Assembly: GCA_963721805.1 (NCBI GenBank)
Contig: CAVRJY010000001.1
Coordinates: 499,882 to 563,881, forward strand
DNA from: Nitrospirota bacterium
Lineage (GTDB): Bacteria > Nitrospirota > Thermodesulfovibrionia > Thermodesulfovibrionales > JdFR-86
Reading direction: 5' to 3'
Length of the DNA: 64,000 nt
In this document: positions 20,566 through 29,877 of the stretch, in pieces
Position numbering within the stretch: the stretch's first letter is position 1
Layout of the letters: each line of letters opens with the position of its first letter
Notes under the pieces: generated by a model
The model's database searches: none
What the model was told of the DNA's origin: nothing
The model's input: the letters and a program-made list of their open reading frames with translations, nothing else
Made by a program: the position numbers and the translations under genes

Positions 20566-20950
20566 CGACTACCTCGAGAGGCTCGGCCCGTACGCCGAGG
20601 TCGAGGTCGTGGAGATAAGGGAAGAGAAGGGCGCAAGCGGCGGGCTGAGCGCCGAGGGCCTTGCGCGCGAGGGCAGGCGTATTGCCGGGAAGTCCGGCGG
20701 CTACGTCCTGCTCGACGAGCGGGGCCGCCAGCTGAGCTCCCCCGAGCTCGCCTCATACCTGGGCAAGCACCCCTCGGTGGACTTCGTCCTGGGAGGGGCC
20801 TACGGCGTGAGCGACGAGGTGCGCAAGGGCGCTGGCGATACGATCTCTCTCTCGCAAATGACGCTCACCCACGAGATGGCCCGGCTGCTGTTTACGGAGC
20901 AGCTCTACAGGGCATGCACCATAATCCGCGGCATGAGGTATCATCACTGA
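20495..20950 (+). CDS. rlmH: 23S rRNA (pseudouridine1915-N3)-methyltransferase RlmH
   Basis: ORF 20423..20950. The homologous part starts at RIRLLWVGK. TTG at 20495 is preceded by GGAGG at 6-nt spacing. The C-terminus has LSLSQMTLTHEMARLLFTEQLYRA. Confidence 0.8.
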   Translation: MRKLRIRLLWVGKTREAYLKKGIDDYLERLGPYAEVEVVEIREEKGASGGLSAEGLAREGRRIAGKSGGYVLLDERGRQLSSPELASYLGKHPSVDFVLGGAYGVSDEVRKGAGDTISLSQMTLTHEMARLLFTEQLYRACTIIRGMRYHH

Positions 20951-20951
20951 G

Positions 20952-22265
20952 ATGGCCAAGCTCGTCCTGCTGATATTCATAATCGTGCTCGGGGCGTTCG
21001 GTCTCCTGGCCGCCTACAACCACGGCACCACGGACATAAACGTCCCTTTTGACAAGACCTACGAGGTCTCGAAGCCCGGCCTGATACTGATGTCCTCGGC
21101 GGTGGGCGCGCTGCTGATGTTCGTCATGTTCGTCGTGCGCGACACGCGGAGGTTCCTGCTCACCTACCAGTTCCAGCGCAACCGCAAGCGCGAGGAGCGC
21201 ATAGACAACCGCTACTCCAAGGCCATGAACGCGATGCTTGCCGAGGACGAGGCCGAGGCGCGCGCCGCTTTAGAGGGCATACTCAAGGAGGACCCGGAGC
21301 ACACCGGGGCGCTCCTGAGGCTCGGCGACCTGGAGCTCAGGCGCAAGGAGTACCAGGCCGCGCTCGAGTGCTACCGCAGGGCGCTTGCGATCTCCCCGCG
21401 GAGCCTCGAGGTGCTTTTCAGCATAGTGACCGCCAACGAGAAGCTCCACCGCACCGTCGACGCGATCCGGTATATCGAGGAGATCCTCGAGATAGACCCC
21501 GACAACCTCAACGCCCACCACCGGAAGCGCTCGATCCTCGAGGCCCAGGGCCGGTGGGAAGACGTCATGGACCTTCAAAAGCAGATCGTCCGCTACGAGC
21601 ACGACGGCCACCAGCGCTCGGTCGAGCAGGCCCTGCTTCTGGGCTACCGCTACGAGGTCAGCCGCGAGCACCTTGAGCGCGGCGACGTCGAGAAGGCGAT
21701 GAAGGGCTTCAAGGCCATACTCAAGGACGACAAGGACTTCATCCCGGCTTACCTGGGCGCGGCCGAGGGGCTGTTTCTGTCCGAGCCCGAGCCGGAGGAG
21801 GCCGTGGAGTTCCTGGAGAAGGGCTACGAGCAGACCTCGTCGCACATCATACTGGCTCGGCTCGAAGACATGCTGATAAACCTCGGCGAGCCCGCCCGGC
21901 TTATCAAGACATACAGGGCCGCCATAGCGCGCGACCCAAAAAACGACATGCTCAAGTTCTTCCTCGCGAAGCTCTACTACAGGCTCGAGATGATCGACGA
22001 CGCCTTCTCGATCATGTCCGCGCTCGATATGCCGCAGCCGTTCCCGGAGTTCTCGACCCTGATGGGGCAGCTCCACCTCAGGCGCGGCCAGTGCGAGCGC
22101 GCCGTGGAGGAGTTCAAGAAGTCCCTCGACTTCAAACGCGCCATCCTGGTGCCCTACTGCTGCTCCGCCTGCGGCACCGTGGCGCAGGAGTGGTCCGGCC
22201 GCTGCGCCAACTGCGGCGGATGGAACACCTACAAGTTCAAGTTCAATGTCTCCTGCAAGCTCTAG
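20952..22265 (+). CDS. lapB: LapB (YciM)-like LPS assembly protein: LapA-like N-terminal membrane segment, TPR repeats, C-terminal rubredoxin-type zinc site
   Basis: 437-aa ORF; two N-terminal TM helices; multiple TPRs; C-terminal CCSACGTVAQEWSGRCANCGGWNTY. Confidence 0.7.
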   Translation: MAKLVLLIFIIVLGAFGLLAAYNHGTTDINVPFDKTYEVSKPGLILMSSAVGALLMFVMFVVRDTRRFLLTYQFQRNRKREERIDNRYSKAMNAMLAEDEAEARAALEGILKEDPEHTGALLRLGDLELRRKEYQAALECYRRALAISPRSLEVLFSIVTANEKLHRTVDAIRYIEEILEIDPDNLNAHHRKRSILEAQGRWEDVMDLQKQIVRYEHDGHQRSVEQALLLGYRYEVSREHLERGDVEKAMKGFKAILKDDKDFIPAYLGAAEGLFLSEPEPEEAVEFLEKGYEQTSSHIILARLEDMLINLGEPARLIKTYRAAIARDPKNDMLKFFLAKLYYRLEMIDDAFSIMSALDMPQPFPEFSTLMGQLHLRRGQCERAVEEFKKSLDFKRAILVPYCCSACGTVAQEWSGRCANCGGWNTYKFKFNVSCKL

Positions 22266-22851
22266 CCGGCTGCGAGTCGTCCTGGACACGAGCCTCTTCG
22301 TCAACCCCGACGTGAGGGCCAGCCTTGGGGAGAACCCGACCGAGGCGATCACCAGGTTTCTGGAGCTCGCCTCGCGCATACCCTCGGTGGAGTTTTACAT
22401 GCCCCCCTCCGTGTTTGAGGAACTCATGAACTTCGTCGAGCGCGGGCGGCTGCCCGCGGCGCTCCTGATCCACCTGATACAGAAGTCCCCGCAGCGGTAC
22501 GAACTCATGACCCCGGCCGCGTTCATATACGAGCTCATCGAGGAGATCAGGGAGCGCATCAACCGCGGCCTGCGCGTGGCCGAGACCGCGGTGCGCGGCG
22601 CGGCCTTAAAGGGCGGCGTGGACGAGGTGATCAAGGACCTGCGGCGGAAGTACCGCGAGGCGCTCAGGGAGGGGATCATCGACAGCCGCGAGGACGTGGA
22701 CCTGATCCTGCTCGCGCGCGAACTGGACGCCACGCTCGTAAGCGCCGACCAGGGGGCGGTGAAGTGGGCCGACAAGCTCGGCATCAAGTGGCTGCTGCCG
22801 GAGAAATTCAAGGAATACCTCGAGGCGCTGGAGCAGAGTCCCGCCGAATAG
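22246..22851 (+). CDS. PIN-like metallonuclease of the HARP family (Aq_880-type protein-only RNase P; older label RNA ligase partner MJ_0950 family)
   Basis: 201-aa ORF; VVLDTSLFVNP..., FYMPPSVFEEL, FIYELIEEIRERINRGLRVAE, KYREALREGIIDSREDVDLILLARELDATLVSADQG. This matches my memory of the Aq_880 family pattern and size. Confidence 0.6.
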   Translation: MSPASSSRLRVVLDTSLFVNPDVRASLGENPTEAITRFLELASRIPSVEFYMPPSVFEELMNFVERGRLPAALLIHLIQKSPQRYELMTPAAFIYELIEEIRERINRGLRVAETAVRGAALKGGVDEVIKDLRRKYREALREGIIDSREDVDLILLARELDATLVSADQGAVKWADKLGIKWLLPEKFKEYLEALEQSPAE

Positions 22852-22997
22852 CGCTTCTAAGGCGGTGACGGTTTTCTCCCGGAGCGATGAGTCCATGGCG
22901 GTCGAGTGCCCTGGGTGAAGCGGAGGGGTGAACCTTATAAGCCGCCGTATCCCGCGATTTCAGTCTCTTGAGGCCGGAAGCAATCTCTTGACAGGCG

Positions 22998-24113
22998 CTA
23001 TTTTGCGGGCTGCTTGTCTTTGGGACCTTTTGCCGTGGGGGTGTCGGCGGGTTTTTCGGCCGGATGCAGGGCCGGATCGTCGGGGTGTGCCTGCTTGTAG
23101 CGGTCCGAAAGGTACTGGAAGATCTGGACCCTTCCGTTTACGCTGTCCGCGACGTAGACCTTGTCGTTGTGGTCAACGAAGATGTCCTCCGGGATCCGGA
23201 ACGTCCCGAGGCTGCTGCCGGTCGCGCCGACGAAGAGATAGACGAGGCCCTTGGAGTCGAATATCTGGAAATTGCCGAACGCGGCGTCCGTGATGAAGAC
23301 ATACCCGTCGTCGCTTATGGCGATGCCCTTCGGCCTGGCCACGCTCCCCGGGGTGTCGCCGTGCTGGCTGAATGCGCGCGAGGTCTTGCCGTCGGGGCTT
23401 ATCACCTGTATCCTGAAGTTCATCGTGTCGACGACGTAGACGTTGCCGTCCTTATCCAGCGCGATGCCGGTCGGAAAATGGATCTGGCCTACATCGATGC
23501 CCCCTGAGGCGAGCTGTCCCACGTATTCGCCTTTATCGTCGAATATGAAAATCCCCTCCAGCTTCGAGTCGCTCACGTACATGAGCTTGCGCACCGGGTC
23601 GAGCGCCACCCCTACGGGGTTTCTAAGCTTGCCTTTCGCCGTAATGTACTTGAGCTTGGAGCTGTCCAGGTCGAAGATATATACCGAGCCGGCCCCGGCG
23701 TCCGCCACGGCGATCAGCCTGTTTGTGAGGTCGACCGCGATCGACATGGGGGTCTTCCAGCCGTATGGATGCGCCAGGAAGTCGAGCGTGTTTTTCTGCA
23801 GGTTGATGACAGCCACCTTATGGAGCTGGATGTCGGAGACGTAGATGTTCCCCTTGTCGTCGGCTGCGATGCCGTGCGGCTTGGCGAACCTGAACGTGTA
23901 ATCATCGCCGAACATGGCGTCGAAGTTGCTGTTGCTCGATACGTCGAGGTCAGTGGTGATGGTTTTGAGGAGCTTTATCTTCGCGGGCTCGGGGGGCTTC
24001 GGCCATACGTAGCCGGAGAGGTCCATCGGTTTGCGCGGGGCCGCGCAGCCGACGATCATCGCCGCGAGGATGGCAAGGCTTACAGCCAGGATGGATTTAT
24101 TGAGCTTGTACAC
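22998..24113 (-). CDS. NHL-repeat beta-propeller lipoprotein
   Basis: 371-aa ORF; lipobox LAAMIVGC; repeated ...G.L..P.G(I/V)A.D..GN(I/V)YV(S/V)D NHL-type units. Confidence 0.8.
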   Translation of the reverse strand: MYKLNKSILAVSLAILAAMIVGCAAPRKPMDLSGYVWPKPPEPAKIKLLKTITTDLDVSSNSNFDAMFGDDYTFRFAKPHGIAADDKGNIYVSDIQLHKVAVINLQKNTLDFLAHPYGWKTPMSIAVDLTNRLIAVADAGAGSVYIFDLDSSKLKYITAKGKLRNPVGVALDPVRKLMYVSDSKLEGIFIFDDKGEYVGQLASGGIDVGQIHFPTGIALDKDGNVYVVDTMNFRIQVISPDGKTSRAFSQHGDTPGSVARPKGIAISDDGYVFITDAAFGNFQIFDSKGLVYLFVGATGSSLGTFRIPEDIFVDHNDKVYVADSVNGRVQIFQYLSDRYKQAHPDDPALHPAEKPADTPTAKGPKDKQPAK

Positions 24114-24189
24114 TGATCCATTTTAATTAAACTTCCGCCCCCGAGTCAAGGCGGCCCAGGTGACGTCCGGCGCGATATGTGATATATTT

Positions 24190-27100
24190 ATGTCATATAC
24201 GTATATAAGGGGTGGGGGTGCGTTGAATTACTTAGGGCTTGATGCCGGCTCCGTAAGCGTAAAGGCCGTTGTGCTGGATCCCTCCGGAAGCAGGGTGAGG
24301 TCGACCTATGTCCTGCACAGGGGACATCCCCTGCCTGTGGCGCTCTCGGTGCTCAGGGAGTTCAGCTCCGCTTCAGAGTGCCTCGTGTCCGTCACAGGTT
24401 CCGCCGGGCGGCTCATATCCTCCGTGCTGGGGCTGGAGCCCATAAACGAGATCGTCGCCCAGTCCTATGCCGCGAGGCGGCTCTATCCCCACGTCCGCAC
24501 CGTGATCGAGATGGGGGGCGAGGACTCGAAGCTCATCCTGCTTGGCGAGGCCGGGGTCAGGGACTTCGCGATGAACTCGGTCTGCGCCGCTGGCACCGGC
24601 TCGTTCCTGGACCAGCAGGCCGAGCGGCTCAGGCTCCGGGTGGAGGAGCTCGGCGAGCTCTCGCTTCAGTGCAAAAAGCCGCCCCGCATAGCCGGGCGGT
24701 GCAGCGTGTTCGCCAAAAGCGACATGATCCACCTCCAGCAGATCGCCACTCCGGTTCACGATATCGTGGCCGGGCTGTGCTTCGCGGTGGCCCGCAACTT
24801 CAAGGGCTCGATCGCGCGCGGCCGCACGGTCGCGGCTCCCGTGGCGTTTCAGGGCGGGGTCGCCGCCAATGTGGGCATGGTGCGCGCCTTCAGGGAGATA
24901 TTCGGCCTCGAGGAGCTGTTCGTGCCCGAGGAGTTCGCGCTTACGGGCGCGATCGGCGCAGCGCTGAAGGGCATCGAGGAGGGCACCGCCCGCGCCATCG
25001 ACCTCAGCGCTCTCGAGCGCTACATCGACGAAGGCCACACTGCGCGCGAGGGCCACGCGCCGCTGATATCCGTTGGCGACGGGTTTAAGGCCCGCCACCT
25101 CGACCCGGACCTTTCGGTCATGCACCCGCCGAAGGCCGGTCAGCCTGACGCCTATATGGGCATAGATATCGGCTCGATCAGCACGAACCTCGCGGTGACA
25201 GACGCCGAAGGCCGCCTGCTCGCCAAGCGCTACCTGATGACCGCCGGCCGGCCGATCGAGGCCGTAAGCCGGGGACTCGCCGAGATAGCCGCCGAGGTTG
25301 GGGGCAAGGTCAATATCCGCGGCGTCGGCACCACGGGATCGGGCCGGTACATGATAGCGGACTACGTCGGGGCCGACATCGTCAAAAACGAGATCACCGC
25401 CCAGGCCACCGCGGCCGCGCACATCGACCCCACCGTGGATACGATCTTCGAGATCGGCGGGCAGGACTCGAAGTTCATATCGCTTAGAGACGGCGTGATC
25501 GTGGACTTCGAGATGAACAAGGCCTGCGCCGCAGGCACGGGATCGTTTTTGGAGGAGCAGGCCGAGAAGCTCGGCATCTCGATCAAGGGCGAGTTTCAGG
25601 ACGCCGCGTTTTCATCGGATAACCCCTGCAAGCTCGGCGAGCGCTGCACCGTGTTCATGGAAAACTCGCTGATGGCTAATCTCCAAACCGGCACCGCGAC
25701 CCCGGACCTCCTGGCCGGGCTTTCGTACTCAATCGTCCAAAACTACATAAACCGCGTAGTCGCCGGCCGCGCGATAGGCAAGCGGATCTTCTTTCAGGGC
25801 GGCGTCGCGTTTAACAAATCCGTGGTCGCCGCGTTCGAGAAATACACCGGAGAGACCGTCACCGTCCCGCCGAACCACGACGTCACCGGCGCGATAGGCA
25901 TGGCGCTCATCGCCCAGCGCAACGCGCGGGACAACTCTGCCGGGCGCTCTTCGTTTAAGGGCTTCGAGTACTCGAGCCGCCCCTATACGGTCTCGTCGTT
26001 TGAGTGCCGGGGCTGCGAGAACCTCTGCGAGATCAACCGCGTGCAGGTCGAGGGACACCAGGAAAAGCTGTTCTACGGCGGCAGGTGCGAGAAATACGAC
26101 ATCCGCAAGAAACGCGCCTCCGGGCCCCCGGACCTCTTCGCGTTCAGGGAAGAGCTGATGGCCTCGTATGTCAGGCCGCCCAAAGGGTCCCGGCCCACGG
26201 TCGGAGTCCCGCGCATATTCTATTTCGAGGAGATGCTGCCCTATTGGGCCACGCTGCTTGAGGAGCTTGGGTTTGATGCGGTACTTTCGCCGCACACGAA
26301 CCGCAGCGTGGTGGACCTCGGGCTCGAGACCGTGCTCTCGGAGGCCTGTTTCCCGGTGAAGGTCGCGCTCGGGCATGTCCGGCAGCTCAAGAACTCCGGG
26401 GTCGATGCGGTCATTCTGCCGAGCTTCATCAACATGAATACCGCGAGCGAGGAGTTCGCAAGCGGCCAGGCCTGCCCGCACACCCAGACTATCCCCTATG
26501 TCGCGCGCACGGCGGTCGAGGGGCTGCGCACGGTCACCCCGGTGGTCGATGTCGCGCGCGGCCAGGAATACATGATCAGGGAACTCGGCCGGGCGTTTAG
26601 AGAGGCCGGGCTCGGGCGCGGCAAAGGGGCGATAAAACGCGCCGTGACCGCGGCCGAACGCTCGCAGGAAGCCTTCAGGCAGGCGCTGCTCGAGCGCGGG
26701 CGGATCGCGCTTGAATCGCTTGCCGGCCGCGCGGTGGTCGTGATCGGCCGGGCGTATAACGCGCTGGACCGCGGGATGAACCTCGGCGTGCCGGAGAAGC
26801 TCGCGACACTCGGGGTGCTCTCGATCCCGATGGACATGCTCCCGATAGACGATATCCGCCTCAGCGACGACTGGCCTGACATGTACTGGAGGTCGGGGCA
26901 GCGCGTGCTGCGCGCCGCGCGGTTCGTGGCGGGCCACGAGCACCTCTATCCGATCTTCATCGGCAGCTTCCTGTGCGGCCCGGACTCTTTCATACTCAAG
27001 TATTTCGCCAGGGAGCTGATGGACAAACCGTACCTGCACCTCGAGATCGACGAGCACAGCGCCGACGCAGGTGCGATCACGCGCTGCGAGGCCTTCCTCG

Positions 27101-28392
27101 ACAGCATCGACGGACAGAGGCGGGCCGCTCCAAAGCCGGTTGCCGTATTGCCTGTCAGGAGAGGGGCCGAGCCCTCGGGCATCGGCGGCAGGACGATCTA
27201 TATCCCCAATATGTCAGACCACGCCTGGGCGCTCGCCGCCGCGTTCGAACGCGCCGGGGGCCGCGCCGAGGTCCTGCCCGAGAGCGACAGCCGCTCGGTC
27301 GAGTTGGGCATGCGGCACGTCTCCGGCAAGGAGTGCTATCCCTGCGCGGTGACTACAGGCGATATGGTGCGGGCCGCAACCGACCCGGGATTCAGGCCCG
27401 AGCAGTCAGCGTTTTTCATGCCGTCCGGCTCCGGGCCGTGCAGGTTCGGGCAGTATAACGTATTTCACAAGCAGGTGCTCGAATCGATAGGGATGGCGGA
27501 CGTCCCGGTCTTCGCCCCCGTGCAGGACGATACCCTCTATGCCACGCTCGGCGTCATCGGCAAGGACTTCGTAAAGCACTCCTGGCATGGCATCGTGGCC
27601 ATGGAGCTCCTGGGCAAATGCCTGCGCGAGACACGCCCGTACGAACGCGAAACCGGAGCGTCCGACGCACTCTATGGGGATTACTTAAAGCGGCTGTATG
27701 CGGCCCTGCGCTCAGGCCGGGGCGGCGTCGAAGGCGTGCTCAGAGACATGAGGCGCGATTTCGTCGCGGTGCCGCGCACGGGCGAGCCCCGCCCCCTGAT
27801 CGGCGTGATCGGCGAGATATTCGTCCGCAGCAACCGGTTCTCCAACGAGGACCTGGTCAGAAAGATCGAGAGCTTGGGCGGCGAGGCATGGCTTTCGCCG
27901 GTCGAGGAGTGGATTTATTACATAAATCAGATGGCGATGCGGCAGGCCTTGATAAAGCGGGACGTCTCTGTTATCATAGACACTTTCGTGAAAAGGAAGT
28001 ACAAGCATTACGTCGAGCGCCGTTACAGCGGCGCGTTCGAGGGGTTCTTAAGGACGCTCCACGAGCCGGGTACGGGGGACATTCTCAGAAAGGCCGCCCC
28101 CTATGTCCACGATTCCTTCGAGGGCGAGACCGTGCTGAGCATCGGCAAGGCCGTCGACCTCTGCGAGCGCGGGGCCTCGGGGATCGTAAACGCGATGCCC
28201 TTCGGGTGCATGCCGGGCACTATAGTGACCGCCCTGATGAGGGGCATAAGCAGGCGCTACGGCATCCCGTCGATAAGCGTGCCGTACGACGGAACAGCGT
28301 CTCCGGCCAACGCCATCGTGCTGGAGGCGTTCATGGACCAGGCGAAGGGCATGAAAAAAAGCTCAACCGCGCGGGAGACGGTCCCGCGTTAA
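24190..28392 (+). CDS. Large fusion of two BadF/BadG/BcrA/BcrD(HgdC)-type activase ATPase domains with 2-hydroxyacyl-CoA-dehydratase-like domains
   Basis: ORF 24160..28392. Two actin-fold ATPase units (LGLDAGSVSVKAVVLD...; MGIDIGSISTNLAVTD...), each with MNSVCAAGTGSFLD / MNKACAAGTGSFLE. The C-terminal ~750 aa is dehydratase/DUF2229-like. Start candidates: ATG 24190 or TTG 24223. Confidence 0.8.
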   Translation: MSYTYIRGGGALNYLGLDAGSVSVKAVVLDPSGSRVRSTYVLHRGHPLPVALSVLREFSSASECLVSVTGSAGRLISSVLGLEPINEIVAQSYAARRLYPHVRTVIEMGGEDSKLILLGEAGVRDFAMNSVCAAGTGSFLDQQAERLRLRVEELGELSLQCKKPPRIAGRCSVFAKSDMIHLQQIATPVHDIVAGLCFAVARNFKGSIARGRTVAAPVAFQGGVAANVGMVRAFREIFGLEELFVPEEFALTGAIGAALKGIEEGTARAIDLSALERYIDEGHTAREGHAPLISVGDGFKARHLDPDLSVMHPPKAGQPDAYMGIDIGSISTNLAVTDAEGRLLAKRYLMTAGRPIEAVSRGLAEIAAEVGGKVNIRGVGTTGSGRYMIADYVGADIVKNEITAQATAAAHIDPTVDTIFEIGGQDSKFISLRDGVIVDFEMNKACAAGTGSFLEEQAEKLGISIKGEFQDAAFSSDNPCKLGERCTVFMENSLMANLQTGTATPDLLAGLSYSIVQNYINRVVAGRAIGKRIFFQGGVAFNKSVVAAFEKYTGETVTVPPNHDVTGAIGMALIAQRNARDNSAGRSSFKGFEYSSRPYTVSSFECRGCENLCEINRVQVEGHQEKLFYGGRCEKYDIRKKRASGPPDLFAFREELMASYVRPPKGSRPTVGVPRIFYFEEMLPYWATLLEELGFDAVLSPHTNRSVVDLGLETVLSEACFPVKVALGHVRQLKNSGVDAVILPSFINMNTASEEFASGQACPHTQTIPYVARTAVEGLRTVTPVVDVARGQEYMIRELGRAFREAGLGRGKGAIKRAVTAAERSQEAFRQALLERGRIALESLAGRAVVVIGRAYNALDRGMNLGVPEKLATLGVLSIPMDMLPIDDIRLSDDWPDMYWRSGQRVLRAARFVAGHEHLYPIFIGSFLCGPDSFILKYFARELMDKPYLHLEIDEHSADAGAITRCEAFLDSIDGQRRAAPKPVAVLPVRRGAEPSGIGGRTIYIPNMSDHAWALAAAFERAGGRAEVLPESDSRSVELGMRHVSGKECYPCAVTTGDMVRAATDPGFRPEQSAFFMPSGSGPCRFGQYNVFHKQVLESIGMADVPVFAPVQDDTLYATLGVIGKDFVKHSWHGIVAMELLGKCLRETRPYERETGASDALYGDYLKRLYAALRSGRGGVEGVLRDMRRDFVAVPRTGEPRPLIGVIGEIFVRSNRFSNEDLVRKIESLGGEAWLSPVEEWIYYINQMAMRQALIKRDVSVIIDTFVKRKYKHYVERRYSGAFEGFLRTLHEPGTGDILRKAAPYVHDSFEGETVLSIGKAVDLCERGASGIVNAMPFGCMPGTIVTALMRGISRRYGIPSISVPYDGTASPANAIVLEAFMDQAKGMKKSSTARETVPR

Positions 28393-28416
28393 TCAATATT
28401 GCGAGGAGGTGATCTG

Positions 28417-28512
28417 GTGGGTAGTGTCGTAAAGTGGCGCAAGAAGAAGATGAGCAAGCACAAGCACCGCAAGCTCAGGAAGAAGATGAAGTTCTCCCGC
28501 AGGAACAAGTAG
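28417..28512 (+). CDS. 31-aa highly basic peptide resembling ribosomal protein bS22 (AURKAIP1/COX24-type)
   Basis: Read by hand: GTG start preceded by GAGGAGG; VGSVVKWRKKKMSKHKHRKLRKKMKFSRRNK then TAG. Resembles the actinobacterial MGSV.KKRRKRM.KKKHRKLL..TR.QRR peptides. Too short for the ORF track. Confidence 0.55.
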   Translation: MGSVVKWRKKKMSKHKHRKLRKKMKFSRRNK

Positions 28513-28663
28513 CGCGCTCAAGCACCCCGGGCAGCCCGTCGGCCCCATTGCAGCCGATGGCAAAAAGATTTTAGAGAACCGCCCGGTCTGGCCAGCCGAT
28601 TACTCGTACCTCTCAAGTGAAAAGCCTTATATCAGGGAAGGGACAGTTGCGCCCGGAGCTTTT

Positions 28664-29413
28664 TTAAGGCAGCCTGCCGACCATGACGCCCACAAAGGGC
28701 ATCCCGGCCGCGTAGTCCGCGAAAACCACCTTCTTGACCTCGCCCCCGGAGCCCTTCGAACCCGAGGCATGGATCATATAGGCCACGCCTCCCTCGCGCT
28801 TGATGATCCCGATATGGCCGACTATCTCCCCTGCCTTGCGCCTCGAGGCGTCCTTGACGAAATATATGATGTCCCCGTCCCTGAGTTTGGGGATGATCTT
28901 TGGAATGCTGGCTGACATGATGACCGGGACGGTCTTAATCCCGCGGCTGCCCTTGTATCCTACAAACGGCGCGCCGAGGGCGGTCGTGATATCTTCGCCC
29001 CACCTGCCGCTTCTGAGCATGTCCTCGCCGTACTGGAACCGTTCCGCGTAATTGAGCACCTTGCCTTGAGGGTCGAGGCGGCCCTGTCCGGGAAACCTCA
29101 TCCGAAGCGCGGCGTTTACGGCCCCGGCCGGGGAATCCGAGAGCGCGAGCTCCGCGGCCCTGAACGTCAGGTACATGCAGTCCACGTGGTCGTCCGCCAC
29201 TATCGCATTGCGGGTTACGTATGCGCCCATGGGGTCGGTGTCATAGGGGGTGCCGATGAACTCTCCGGCCCAGTATGCGATCCGTTGATTTAGAGGGGAG
29301 TTGCTCATCGCGGCCTGCCGGGCCTGGATATCGGCGTCGGGCATGAAGGCTTGGGCCAGGGCCGGGGTGATGAGGATGAGGGATATGAGTGCGGTAATCC
29401 TTAACTTTCTCAC
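28664..29413 (-). CDS. Secreted NlpC/P60-like or DUF1460-like putative cell-wall hydrolase
   Basis: ORF 28664..29488. A GTG at 29413 gives the signal peptide (V)RKLRITALISLILITPALAQA. Candidate Cys (HVDCMYL) and His (GHIGII) residues are present. The longer start would leave only 3 nt to the divergent gene. Confidence 0.55.
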   Translation of the reverse strand: MRKLRITALISLILITPALAQAFMPDADIQARQAAMSNSPLNQRIAYWAGEFIGTPYDTDPMGAYVTRNAIVADDHVDCMYLTFRAAELALSDSPAGAVNAALRMRFPGQGRLDPQGKVLNYAERFQYGEDMLRSGRWGEDITTALGAPFVGYKGSRGIKTVPVIMSASIPKIIPKLRDGDIIYFVKDASRRKAGEIVGHIGIIKREGGVAYMIHASGSKGSGGEVKKVVFADYAAGMPFVGVMVGRLP

Positions 29414-29491
29414 TTTTTTAATATAACCCGGCCGCGTGTTATAATACCAGAGGCTTATTAACGTCAAATAACGGCAAGGAGCGAACAAAAA

Positions 29492-29797
29492 ATGAAGCGG
29501 ATTTTTACGGTATTGGCACTGGCGGCATGCGCGTTAATGCTCACGGTCTCGATGGCATTCGCGGTTGACAGCAACAACCTCAGCGGCAAGGTCCTTGACA
29601 CGGTCAACAGCGGCGGCTACACCTATGCCCAGATCGACGTCAAGGGCGAGAAGGTCTGGGTCGCGGTCCCCGAGGCCAAGGTTACGAAGGGCAAGGTCGC
29701 GTCGTTTCAGCCCGGCATGCCTATGAAGAACTTCAAGAGCAAAACTCTAAATCGCACGTTCCCCGTGATCTATTTCTCGGGCGGCCTCGCCAAGTAG
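29492..29797 (+). CDS. Small secreted hypothetical protein
   Basis: 101-aa ORF; AAGGAG upstream; signal peptide ...SMAFA/VD; GGYTYAQIDVKGEKVWVAVP motif. Confidence 0.65.
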   Translation: MKRIFTVLALAACALMLTVSMAFAVDSNNLSGKVLDTVNSGGYTYAQIDVKGEKVWVAVPEAKVTKGKVASFQPGMPMKNFKSKTLNRTFPVIYFSGGLAK

Positions 29798-29824
29798 GCA
29801 GCGCCCGCAACTGCCGCGCCTGAT

Positions 29825-29858
29825 ACATCCCCCCTGTCCGCAGGGGGGATGTTTTTAT
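29825..29858 (+). terminator. Rho-independent terminator
   Basis: Perfect 12-bp stem ACATCCCCCCTG / CAGGGGGGATGT, TCCG loop, followed by TTTTTA. Confidence 0.85.
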
Positions 29859-29877
29859 CCGCGGTCAGGCCTCTATC

